Of a stretch of DNA of 64,000 bases, positions 15,934 through 27,797 are shown in pieces. The stretch lies in the NCBI GenBank assembly GCA_000165425.1, contig CT868207.1, positions 248,001 through 312,000 on the forward strand, written 5' to 3'. Each line of letters starts with the position of its first letter. Within the stretch, counting starts at the first letter, position 1. Under the pieces are notes generated by a model. It saw nothing but the letters and a program-made list of their open reading frames with translations. It made no database searches and was not told the origin of the DNA. The position numbers and the translations under genes were made by a program. The stretch comes from Paramecium tetraurelia (Eukaryota).

Positions 15934-18072
15934 ATGCAATAGTTTCCAACCTAAGGTGAATTTTAAGAAGACTTTGATTTTAAAAATTCATCATTGTTAG
16001 GTCAAGGAACTTTTGGAAAGGTGTACAGAGCAAAAGCTTTGAAATCTCTTCCTCCTGGAAATTACGCTTTAAAAATAATTGAAACAACTAGGTATAACAA
16101 TATATTGAGTTAAGTGAATAGGCATATGAACTTGCAATTCAAGAATTGAACTTATATCAAGTGATCACTTATCATTAAAATGTTATAAAAGTTTACAAGG
16201 TTTACTCATGGATAGAGGAAAAGAAATATGTTTTAGTATTTGCTATGGAATTAGCGCATAACAGCTTAAAAGCAGATATAGAAGAAAGAAGGAAGGCATC
16301 GTAAGAATTTGGGGGTAATAATAAAAAAGTAATTTGATTAGATATAATGCTAATAGACATTATGAATTAATGTTTGAAAGCATTTTATTATCTAGCAAAA
16401 AACAAACATTTGTTTCACAGAGATATTAAACCAGAAAATATATTAGTATCTTGTAGATAACCTTACACAGTTAAATTGGCTGATTTTGGAGCGGGTAAAG
16501 AGAATTTTAATGGTTAAACAATGCTTAATACTTTAGTAGGAACCCCATTATTTCTCTCTCCAAAATTATATGTTGCCTACTCAACTAACCAGGCAGGGAA
16601 AGTAAAGTAAATTATCAACCTAAATTTAGACATGATTTAGAGAAGAGTGATGTATTTTCATTAGGAATTACATTTCTTTAAATGATTTTACTTCTAAGTG
16701 ATAAAGATCTATAAAAATTGAATGATCCAATTATATACGAAGAGAAAACTGGGAATGCTATAGATACAAGTGATGATGCGTTGAAGAAAAAAGACTGTTA
16801 AGGTTGGAAAAAATTACAGTTTCATATCAGCAACATAAGAAATCCTTTAATAAAGGCTTGTATCTAGGGTATGACAGAGTTCAGTGAAAGAAACAGATTT
16901 ACGTGGCTTAAAGCAATAAAAGCACTGAATCCAGAATATGAGGATGAGTAAATAGTTAAATTAATTCTAGTGAAAAAGATTAATCTGTTTATCCAGCCTA
17001 AATTCGAGATGAATAAACTAAAGCCATACAATTTTACTCTAATTAATGCATAACTTTAAGGTATTTAGGATCTGTTAATGATTTATCCAACCACAAAAAG
17101 ATCATTTCTGCAGATAGTTAAATATTGGCTTATTCTAATGAAGGAGTAAGATTAATATCCTTACAGGGAGTATCAGAATGCATATTTACTTAAAGTATTA
17201 TAAAATCATAAGGTAGACGTCTCATTTTTATCATATATACCAACATTAAGTATTTGTGTTGGGATCACATAATCTGGTGAGATATTTGGAGTAAATGTGA
17301 AGAATAAAACATTCTATTGTGAAAAAATTAAAAATTTTTAACACGATAAGATCACTGTAAATTTATATAGGATTTCATTAGGTGATGAAATATATGAGAA
17401 AAGATCTATGTATTTTGGGATCTTAAAGTGGAGAAATTATGATTTTAGCATTTGATACTTAGCCACCTTGCGTGATAAAAAAGTACAAAGATGTGGATAG
17501 ATCTGTGGTGGATATGATATATGACGATGAAAATAAATAGATTATTTCATCTCATGAGAACTTTATGATCTATGGAAAATAATTAGTTTATGAATAATCG
17601 TAATATCCTAAACTAACTTTAGTGCTAAATATCAATATGATTCTTAGATAGATAATTTATAACTAATTTCATCAGAACGTTTTGCTGGATTATGTAAGAA
17701 CCTCTCTCAAATACCTATATTTCACATTAAGGATGGTATATTTAATTGCTAATTTTAGGCAATATGAATATACTGCATAAATACTAAATCAATGGAAATA
17801 ACATACCGTTGGCATTAACTTTATCTGATAATTATCTTGTTTGGGTTTGTGAAAAATATATTGGATCAATTTAAATAAGTGCTAAATTGGGTTAATAGAA
17901 AGAAGATAACAATGATTAACTCATGGTTAATGCTTCCAAGCCTGCAAAACTGATGTGCTTTTTATAAATTGATAAGACTATCATAGCAAGTGATGGATTA
18001 AAACTTCATAAATACTAAGTCGGAAAGAAATAACAAGATAAGACTGTCTGCCAAGGCTGCTAAACTTTTTGA
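15934..18072 (+). CDS. Ser/Thr protein kinase with C-terminal beta-rich (possibly propeller) region and CaaX-like end
   Basis: LGQGTFGKVY, YALK, HRDIKPEN, ADFG, GTPLFLSPK, KSDVFSLG; ends VCQGCQTF* (TGA 18070-18072). Confidence 0.88.
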
Positions 18073-18154
18073 ATATATTATTTATAATTGAAATGACAGA
18101 TTCACCATTAACTATTAATAAAATATTCATAATTATATAATTAAATTAAATTTA

Positions 18155-18878
18155 ATGTATAGAAGTTTAGGATTCCTTATCAGATCTACATCGATTGTAT
18201 TGAAGTGATTAAAATTAGTATAATTAAATGTGGATAAGAGGTCCAAAAAAGGCAAAGGTAGAGGCAGTTGCCACTTCGGATGATTTAATTAATATTTGGA
18301 AAGATAGAAAAGACCCAGAAATCAAAGAGATTGATGAGTATCCTTTATGGTTATTAGAATTGGCAGTACCTTTGGACAGCATAGACGTAGCTTCTATTTA
18401 AATCGCAGCAAATGATAAAGCTTATGTTAGCTATATTTGTTATTTAGCACCCTCCAGCGAGTCATGTGAGGAGTATTGTTAGAAGTATTAAAAGACAGAG
18501 AATTATCTTAATGAATAAATACACATCTTTAAATAGAGATGGAGATGTAATTGGTGATGATGATCTCAATGACCAAGAAGATCAATTGGAGCATATTTAA
18601 TAAGAGAAATTAGCAGAAGAAGCAGCAGCTGAAGAAGCATAAAGACTCAAGGAATTAGAAGAAGATGATGAAGATACGCCTAAGGGTAATAGATATTAAT
18701 TACTTATTAAATAGCAAGAAAGCCAGCTATTAGAAAGGAGGAAGATGATGATGATAAACCAGCAGCTGGAAAGGGTGGTGATAAAGATAAAGCAGCAGCT
18801 GGTGCTAAAGGAGGTGCTGGAGCAACTGGAGCAGCAGGAAAAGCTGGAGATACTGCTAAAGGAGGCAAAAAAAAATGA
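18155..18878 (+). CDS. MRPL54: mitochondrial ribosomal protein mL54 (yeast L37 family)
   Basis: Presequence-like MYRSLGFLIRSTS; motif NIWKDRKDPEIKEIDEYPLWL matches the mL54 DP...EYP.WL signature. Confidence 0.75.
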
Positions 18879-19260
18879 GGTGTAAATTTATATAAGATTT
18901 ATTTATGATTATAAACCAATTTTTAAGTTTTACCTCTTCTATAGAATTTATTATAAATAAAGTTACTTATTTCTAATTCTTGATTAATTTTATAAGGAGA
19001 AATCATTATCGTAATTTGATAATTTTATTATTATTTTATTTAGGGTTTGAAGAAATAGAAATAAATACTTTATTTTATAATATTAAAAATATATACACAT
19101 AAAATTAAATGGAAATTAAAATGATGTTTCTCTCTGAAAATTTAATAAGAATAACAAAAATAGAATGATCATTAAATCATTATCTTTATGATAGAAATAG
19201 AACTCTTAAAAGAATGAATAGTGTAATATTGAAAAAAGCCCAAAAACTGAAATCAATAAA

Positions 19261-20314
19261 TCAATAGATTTCAGTATTTTTAAAATTTTAATGGACATGT
19301 TTTATCCTTTTTCTTGAATCCTTTTTAACAGGCATTTCACAATTTTTACATTCATCACACTTACATAATTCAGAACACTTGACTCCCATTTAATAACATT
19401 CACAATATTTTTTTAGACCAATTTGATTTTTTACAATTGCATCCTTTAAAATGTCTTGGTTTGTGATCTTATTCATCTTCTGAGTTGCTCTAATTGATAT
19501 TAAAATAAATTGTACTTTGGATTCAACCTTCGGGCGAAATGCAGACGGATTTCTTTCCATAATCTATTTGATAACAATTTCTCTTTCTTTTGGATGTTCA
19601 TCATTATTATGACAAGAACAGCAATTGCAATCCTTGCCACATGTTACACCAGCTGTAAAGCAATCACAATATAATTTAAGACATTTGGATTTCTTACAAT
19701 TACATACGATTATTTTTGGTTTTTACTCTGTTTATGGTTTCCTTCTTTTAGAACTTGTACGTTTCCTATTGGTTATTTAATCACTCGTATATTTGAGTGG
19801 CTTTTTTAAGGTAACAAAATTGATGAATTTCAATTTAGTAGCTCTTTCTAATTTTCTGTGAGGTGATTTGGGAGGACTTCTGAATTGAGAACGATTGTCT
19901 TGATCTTCAGATTAGATCTCTTCTTCCTCGCGTTATAGATCATCTGGTATCTTCATTGAACTGAGAGGCGAACTTATATTGACAAGTCGTTATTCTGTCT
20001 TTGTATGATCAAAGTTGATTTATCTGGCAGGAGAAATAATGAATATATTTGCCTTTTTGGTTGTCTAATGATTTAATGGAGAATAAGGTTGAAATCTAAA
20101 ATTTATAATGGAAAGTGAATACTGATTTAGGAGACTTCAAACATGGAGTGAATTCCAATTTCTTACAGACTTATTCAGGGGACTGGTCTTTTATATACAC
20201 ATCATCTTGGTGTTGGACACAATCAGCGTTAAAAACAGGGGATTGATGAATTTTTTCTAATCTTTAAAACAATTTAGTAAATGGAGTTCCATCTTATTTA
20301 AAATCTGAGCTCAT
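19261..20314 (-). CDS. tesmin/TSO1/LIN54-like CRC (two CXC) domain protein; apparent frameshift in the 2nd CXC
   Basis: [26 protein letters not shown] linker, [32 protein letters not shown]. Confidence 0.9.
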
Positions 20315-20365
20315 TTGTATATGAATTTCTCCCACTGAATTTAAATTCAAATTTTTATATATAAA

Positions 20366-20536
20366 ATGACAAAATTTATATCCAGCATTTTAGAGAAAGA
20401 TACTTGCCACAAGGGCAGTTAAAAAGTTAAGCAAGGCTGGATTTCTCCTATTTTTAGTCCTATGCATTTTTCAATGGATGAATTGATGGTTAACAAATAA
20501 GAGGGGAATCCTATTTATTCCCACATAATAAAGTGA
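20366..20536 (+). CDS. possible 56-aa small ORF divergent from the CXC gene
   Basis: MTKFISSILEKDTCHKGSQKVKQGWISPIFSPMHFSMDELMVNKQEGNPIYSHIIK*; visibly more GC-rich than the flanking intergenic DNA; no homology recognised. Confidence 0.35.
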
Positions 20537-20806
20537 TTTATAAGAGTATTAATTTTGTTATAATATTATATTTATCGAATTAAAATTCTCCAACACATAA
20601 ATAAAATTTAATAAATTTATTGACAATTCTCGAAATTTATTGCTTGGGATTACATAGTGAAATTAATATCAATTACATAGTGAGTATGACAAAATATTGT
20701 AAATAATCAGTTTGAGTATGAGATTTAATATAATTCATGAATATAAATGGCATTTTTTATTTAGTTATGAAATAAATTTATTTTAAAAATTTAAATAACG
20801 GAAGAT

Positions 20807-22338
20807 ATGGGTCATCTTTTCAGACATTAAGAAGGAGAGGCAGGTAATTATGTATTTTGAATATGCAGCTGTCCCTTCCATAGCTAATATTCCAGCACCT
20901 CAAGCATCAACTATAGACTATGATTGGATTCTAATTTCAGGGTTCATTATAGTGTTGACCTAAGTGGGATTTGCATTTATTGAAGCAGGATCCGTGAGAT
21001 ATAAGAATTCTTAATCAATAGTCATAAAAGTGATATTGGGTTTGTTCTTGACAATATTAATATGGTGGTTGGTAAGATATGAAGCCTATAAATATAGTTC
21101 GGATATGGATTTTCATTTGGATATGATTTCTAAACAAACTTTATGGGAGGTACAAAATTAGGAGGAGCAAATTGGGAAGCAAATCAATACGGAAATTGAT
21201 TATACAAACTTTGGGTATTTAATTAATATTCATAATCCGTTTAGTGTTCAGAGCAGCAGGTGCAGCAATAGCCGTATCAGTGTTATCTGGAGCAGCAGCA
21301 GAAAGAATGACCTTCTTGGCCTGGTCAATTTTGACAATTATATATGCAGGATTCATATATGCTGGATTAGCACATTGGACATTAGCACAAGGATGGTATT
21401 GATTAAATGAGAATATGAATAGGTTGACAACTTTGGGATACAAAGATTTCTCAGGAGCTGGTGTAGTATTTTTCGCAGCAGGTGTAGCTGGATTAGTTGT
21501 GACAGTATTATTGAAACCAAGGAGATTCAGATTTGATCCAAACACAACCTTGTAATTCTAAAGACATTCTCCAATTTATATTGCTTTCGGATCAATTTTG
21601 GTCTTCGCAGGATGGTTATTCTACAATGGAGGTGTTGTTGCATAAGGAGCCAATTCCAAATACACTTAAGGATTAGTGGCAGTCAATACATTGGTTGCTG
21701 GAGCCACTGGTGGATTCTTTGCCTTCATCATTAGATACTTCTAATATGAAACCACAAGTTTGGTTGCCTTGTCTAGAGGTATTATCAGTGCTTTGGTGGC
21801 TGTCAGTGCTGCTACTGATGACATGAAACCATGGACTGCATTCATTTATGGTTTGTTGGCTGCTGTCTTCTACAGTGTTTTGGCAAAAGTCATCCCAAAG
21901 GTACATATTGATGATCCCGTTGAAGTTGTACCTGTGTTTTTGGTACAATATTCTATTAACTCATTTAGGGTAATGGATTTTTGGGAATCTTCTTGTCAGC
22001 CTTCTTTGACACCAAAGCTGGTATTATCTATGGATTTGGTGCTAAATTATTGGGAATGTAATTGTTGGGATTATTGATCATTTTTGTATGGGTTGCCTTC
22101 TTTGTCTTGATCACATTGCTCATTTTAAAGGGATTCGGAGTCCTTAGAATAGATGCTGAAACTGAAAATGTTGGTATTGATAAAGCTCATTGTAATTTAA
22201 TAAAATTTATAATTAGGTTTGGGTGAGGCCATCGTTTTTGCTAACTAAGTTGATGAGGCTCCTCTTATACCATAGACTGAATTGGTTAAGCTAGGAAACA
22301 GCCAAATTGGATCAGGATTCAGACCTGGTTTTAGATGA
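20807..22338 (+). CDS. ammonium transporter (Amt/Mep/Rh family), divergent; local frame disruption at ~21197-21215
   Basis: QVGFAFIEAGSVRYKN, SGAAAER, KDFSGAGVV, GWLFYNGG, AVNT, HIDDPVEV, LRIDAETENVGIDKAHC; multiple TM segments. Confidence 0.9.
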
Positions 22339-22454
22339 TGTGATAAAATAATATATATATGAACAATTTTTATTAAAAACCAGTTTTACTATATAGAGTT
22401 ATAATATCTTAATTAGGTCAAGATTAGAACCTAAAAGTATTTGTAATATAAAAA

Positions 22455-24123
22455 ATGTACATAAAAGGTATTTGGAATTAAGTAGACTAATACTAATAGT
22501 TTACTTAGCCAGAATTAAGTATAAGATTACAAAAAATCAGTAAAAATTCTAACTTTGTATCTCTGCATTGTACTAACAAAGAAATGGTCCTCTTCAAAGT
22601 AATTTAGTTTAATCATAATTGAAGGGACCCAATTATGGCAAAGCCTATAAATATTTAAGAATCGGATTTGATTATAAGTTTTAGGTTTTAAGAAGTCCAT
22701 CACTTCTGATAAATCCCTCTTTGTCAGAATGGAAGGGAGAGAACATTAAACAAATAGGGGAAATTCTAGCTATTAAATTATTTAGAGAAAATAGTATAAA
22801 GTAATGCGAGTTTAAAGGATCTTTAAGAGACTTGCAAATGCTTAGGGAATTTTTAGGGAAGAGAATGAATTAGGTTGGCTTCCATTAATATTTCAAAGTA
22901 CACAAGTTGATTGGTTAAGGAAGTTTTGCTTCAGTATACTTAGCTACTAGAATTGAGGATGGAATGAAAATGGCAGTAAAGGCCTTTTGTAAGAATGCCA
23001 TCTATAAATAGGAGAAGGGAAAAGTAAAAAGTTTAAATATATCATAGGATGGCCTGGTTAATGAAATTCAAATAATGAGAGACTTAGAGCACCAGAATTT
23101 GATGAAATTATACGAAGTTTATGAAACTCACAACTCAATTTATATGGGCTTAGAATTACTAGAAGGTGATTTGCTTTATGATCTTCACAAAGTAAAAAGA
23201 AAATTTACATCCTGGGAGATTTACACTATCATGAAAGGTCTCTTAAATGGTCTAGCTTACATTCATGAAAAGGGTCTTATGCATAGAGATTTAAAATTGG
23301 AAAACATTCTTTTCAGATAGCCTGAGTAATGAGTCTAATTTATTTTTATAGTAACTTCAATTCTGTTGTTATTGCAGATTTTGGTTTGGCCACCTATGTT
23401 GATCATACCCCTTACATTTTTACCAGGTGTGGCACTCCAGGATTTGTGGCACCTGAAGTCATCAATTTATAGAACGACACTCAAACCTATGGAGTTATCT
23501 GTGATATGTTTTCACTTGGAGTCATATTTTATATCTTGACCACAGGGTAACCTGCTTTTAAAGGCACAAGTTATAACACTATTGTTAAATCGAATCGAGC
23601 AGGGTTTATTGATTTGTAAACGGATAAGCTAAATCAATCATCTTGGAATTTGAAAGACCTATTATGTAAGATGCTTTAGTGCGATCCTTAAAATAGAATT
23701 ACTTCTAGGTTGGCCATTCAACATGATTATTTTCGTTCTTTCGATGAAGATGAGATGGCTTTGATGTAAACAGACGATGACCCTGGACTTGAAGAGATAA
23801 TAACAAAATTGAATTCAAAATATATTAGATTGGATCTCAAAAGGCTAAATTAAAGTAATGATGATCATGAAATTTGCAAAACTCAAGATCTGAAAGTCAG
23901 TTAGAGTCAAAATGATCAAGATTAATTAAATATGGTCATGAGAACTCCCCTTCTTATAGGAAGAGTAAGATTTACAGAAGGTTTTTTGTTTGAATATTCG
24001 TAGGCTCACCAAATCAATCCATTTAGTCTTGGGATCTGAATCTCCAAAGTCCTGGTTAAGATTAAAATTAAACGAAATGGCTTAAACCATTTTTGTTATG
24101 AGGCTGCGAATTAATTTGAATGA
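22455..24123 (+). CDS. CAMK-like Ser/Thr kinase with N-terminal extension (start uncertain)
   Basis: GQGSFASVY, AVK, HRDLKLEN, IADFGLA, RCGTPGFVAPE, CDMFSLG; TGA 24121-24123. Confidence 0.88.
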
Positions 24124-24187
24124 ATTTAATAATTATACTAAATTTTATTAAATAAATATATATTAATATTTTTACTCCCCAAAAATT

Positions 24188-24935
24188 ATGCAAAACATAT
24201 TAACTCAATAATCGCAGTTTTTTGAATTGCTAGACAAATAAGTTGATGCTTACAAAACCCTTTTGGATTAGCTCAATACAAGTTAGGATAAATTCAATAA
24301 TCTTCTTACAGACTATTTACATAAATTTCAATCAATTAATAATAGACTGCTTTCCTAAGGAAGACCTGAGGTTTCTCTCTCATAAATCCAAATTAAACGA
24401 AATGATGAATTATTCACTAACTCCTAATTAAATATATCCTTCAATCTAAGATCTGTAACTTAATTAATTTTTATTATAATAGTTACTGGATAAGTCATAC
24501 AAGTACAAGTTAACACTAGCGGATCCTCTTGAAACCCCACTTTATAGAGATCGTATCTTTCAATTAAGAGTTGAGCTCAAAAATAAGAATGGGGAATTGG
24601 TCCGCAATCTTAATAAAATCGAATTGGTTGTTGCAATCTATTCTTAAGAACAGTATCCAAAAGAAATCAAAGTCAACAACAAGGGTGAATAGATATTGAA
24701 AGGTCATTTGTGTGTACCATTAATTAAAGGCACAGCTTTCTTTACTAGAGTGTAAATTAGAGAAGTATCTTCACACTACCAAAACGGAGGAATAATTCTT
24801 GCAATATTGCCTCAATTCAAACACAATGATGAACCGATTAATGGTCGTGACATTTAACCACTCATAGTTGAGAACATCAAAGTTAAGGCTAAAAAGTTTT
24901 CAGAGCGTCATATACCAGTCTATGTTAATTAATGA
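24188..24935 (+). CDS. hypothetical protein: N-terminal coiled coil + beta-rich domain reminiscent of CudA/CBP60-type DNA-binding domains
   Basis: MQNILTQQSQFF..IFQLRVELKNKNG..ILKG..GTAFFTRVQIREVSSHYQNG..IQPLIVENIKVKAKK; TGA 24933-24935. The gene is well supported, the family is inferred. Confidence 0.7.
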
Positions 24936-24959
24936 TTAATTTAATTTTTGAAAAAAAGG

Positions 24960-26780
24960 ATAATTCAATTTATAATTCCATTCCGTCCTCCCTTGTGTAT
25001 ATTCAAATAATGTGTATCTTTATTATCTTCCTTACTCTTTAAATTCATCAAAAATTGATGCTAAATTACAGAGGTTTTTGATAAAAGTCTCTATTATCCA
25101 TATGTTAAAATTGAAAAAATCATTTTTCACAATTAATTGAATTTCTCTTAACTCAGACTATCTTTTTCTGTGTCTTTCAATATTTTTCGTTCTAAATTAA
25201 TAATTTGAATATTGTAGATTGTTATTCTACAATTATATTAGACATAGTTTAATTATTTTAATCAGTTCATTCAGATTTTTCTGTCACAATGAAGATAGTT
25301 CTTGGATCATTCAAACCTTAAGGAATTTTAGAATATTTAATTTATTAAATTAAAATAATTATCTAAATTAATGAATTTATATATAACAAGGATAAGAATT
25401 AGATACCATTTCAAAAGTGAACTAATTAAAACAAAAATATTAATATGGATATGTATGTGCCTGTTAATGATTGCAGATTTCAGTTAAATTTATTTCAATT
25501 ATTGAATATATTTTATTACTAAAATGTAATAGACTTTGCCCATAGAATAATTATCATAATTGCTTGAATCTGCATTCTGCCTTTTTTACTTTCCAGAATA
25601 TTCTTAATACAGTCTTATCAAAGTTATTTTACTCTCAAAGAATTAATTACAGATAAAGGTTATTCTTAATCAAGATAAATTGAATAAAGTTTTAAATAAA
25701 AAAACCAATAATCGATAAAAATAATTTACAAACTAAAAAATTTTAATTCATGTAAAATAATAATAACTCAAACAATAATATAAAATTAATCCAAAATGTA
25801 AATTTTGCCGAATTCATATAACAAGAGAATTGGATTAGAATTACAATATTTGAAAGAAATCAACAATTAAAAGATACTCCTCTAGAAATAGATAAAATGA
25901 TGTTAATATAAATAATTCTAACATTACAAAGAATAAATATATATCAAAAATAATATTGTTTGCAGTCTAAAGTAGAACAATAAAGTTTACAAAACTTTAT
26001 CAGTTTTTATTATCAATAATAGTAAATCAATAAAAAGAGATCCTGAGAAAATATTAGGATCGCATTATTTAATCCAAAACTCAATTTAAATGAACATTTT
26101 GTTGCAAAGTTCAAAAATGTTTACCTCTTTATATTTTCTGAGAACTATTGAAATTAATCAAATTGGCAAAAAAAGATAAAAATATTTATAGATTTTAACA
26201 ATAAATTTATTGATAATTTGATTAAATTTCTTGTTATTTAGAATAAATCTCATAAGATAAATACTTGAATAGTCTATATATATCTTTCCAAACCTTATTA
26301 GCTAATATTTGAGAGAATTATTGGATAGTTTTACAGATTCAATATTATCAATTCTTAATTACTGAATTAAATATCATATTAAATAAATCAAGAGTGTAAA
26401 GAAATTTATTATTTGATAAAGGATCATCAGTAATTTAACCAAAAAACAACATATTGTAGAGAATACAGATTTTTTGTTTGCTATAAGGACAAAAGAATAA
26501 ATATTGATTGTCAATAAATTGATTACATTATTAAGGCTTGAAATAAAATTTCATAAGAAATCTTTTGAATCTATTCAATTACTTCATAAGAATTGGTTAT
26601 TAGAATTGAAACATCTAACAATCTTAGAAAATAGTTAAGGAGATTAAATCACTACTAAAATCAAATATAATTTAAGTATTGGTATTTCTTTATTAAATAA
26701 ATAGATAGCAGAATCTGGGATCGATACTTTAGTCCTTATAACACAAATAAACAAATAAAATCGACAGTAATTATATTTTT
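24960..26780. pseudogene. probable decayed gene remnant(s)
   Basis: ~1.8 kb with coding-like patches, but the frames I tried are interrupted by TGA. Far longer than most spacers in this window. Confidence 0.3.
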
Positions 26781-26831
26781 TCAATTTAAATCATTGTATA
26801 GATTAGTATTTATTATATAAATAAAATAAAA

Positions 26832-27314
26832 ATGCAAAATAATTAATAGGCAGCTACAGAGGAATAATCAAAAAATTAAGAAGTAAAATAAGAAACAAAA
26901 CTATGTCCATTATGCCAAACTTTCTTTGGAAGTGCAAAAACTAATTTTTATTGTTCGAAATGCTATAAGTATGTTCGTTGAATATTGTAGAACTATTTAA
27001 TAAACAAATAATGAGCAATAACCCTAGCAATAATAACAATAATAAATACAAGAGGATAAAGCATAACCAAATTAAGAAGTGAATGTTCAGGTACAAAAGT
27101 GATTTAAAATTTACAGCAAGATCCTTCAAAATGTTATGTATGTAAGAGAAAGTTAGGAATATCAGGCATTTAATGTAAATGCAAAATCGTTTTTTGCAAC
27201 AAACATAGATTGCCTGAGGACCATAATTGTACTTTTGATCATGCAGAAAAAGCAAGACAATTACTTATTAAAAACAATCCATTAGTCGATCACAAAAAGC
27301 TTGAAGAATTGTGA
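26832..27314 (+). CDS. A20/AN1 zinc-finger protein (ZFAND5/6 or plant SAP-like)
   Basis: A20-like [25 protein letters not shown]1 [41 protein letters not shown]; one 22-nt intron. Confidence 0.93.
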
Positions 27315-27718
27315 AATTTATAATCATAAATTATTTTTAACAACATTCATATAATAAATGGAATTTTTAGTTTATTAATTAATTCTTATAGTTTTCTCTG
27401 ACATTTAAACATGGCTCAAATGTCTAATATAAAAAATACTTTATTTTATTTTATTTGTAATTGATTTCGATTTTAAATTCAACTATTATTTTATTTTCGT
27501 ATTCTTCCAATACTTGAATTAGATTTCAATCAATTTATGTAAAGATTTGAAAATTAATGACTGATAATTTATTTTTAGCCATAAGTATAATTCTTGATTC
27601 TTAATAATATTAATATTAATTTAATATAATGGGCATTTCAGTACCTTTTGAATTAATTACTTATATTCATTAAAACTTATCTATAGAAATAGTTTGCTCC
27701 AACTAATGATCATAAAGA

Positions 27719-27789
27719 GGCTTTCTAGTATATCGGTAGTACGCTTGCTTTGGGTGCAAGTAGGTCGGGTTCAACTCCCGAGAGAGCCC
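27719..27789 (+). tRNA. tRNA-Pro (anticodon UGG)
   Basis: Acceptor GGCTTTC/GAGAGCC, anticodon arm CTTGC-TTTGGGT-GCAAG, T arm TCGGG-TTCAACT-CCCGA. Confidence 0.93.
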
Positions 27790-27791
27790 AC

Positions 27792-27797
27792 TTTTTT
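27792..27797 (+). terminator. Pol III oligo-T terminator of tRNA-Pro
   Basis: T run immediately downstream of the tRNA 3' end. Confidence 0.7.

Noticed and set aside
21197..21199. In-frame TGA in Amt as selenocysteine or readthrough
   Set aside because: Readthrough would not fix the accompanying frame offset, and the position is a non-catalytic loop; indel error is simpler.
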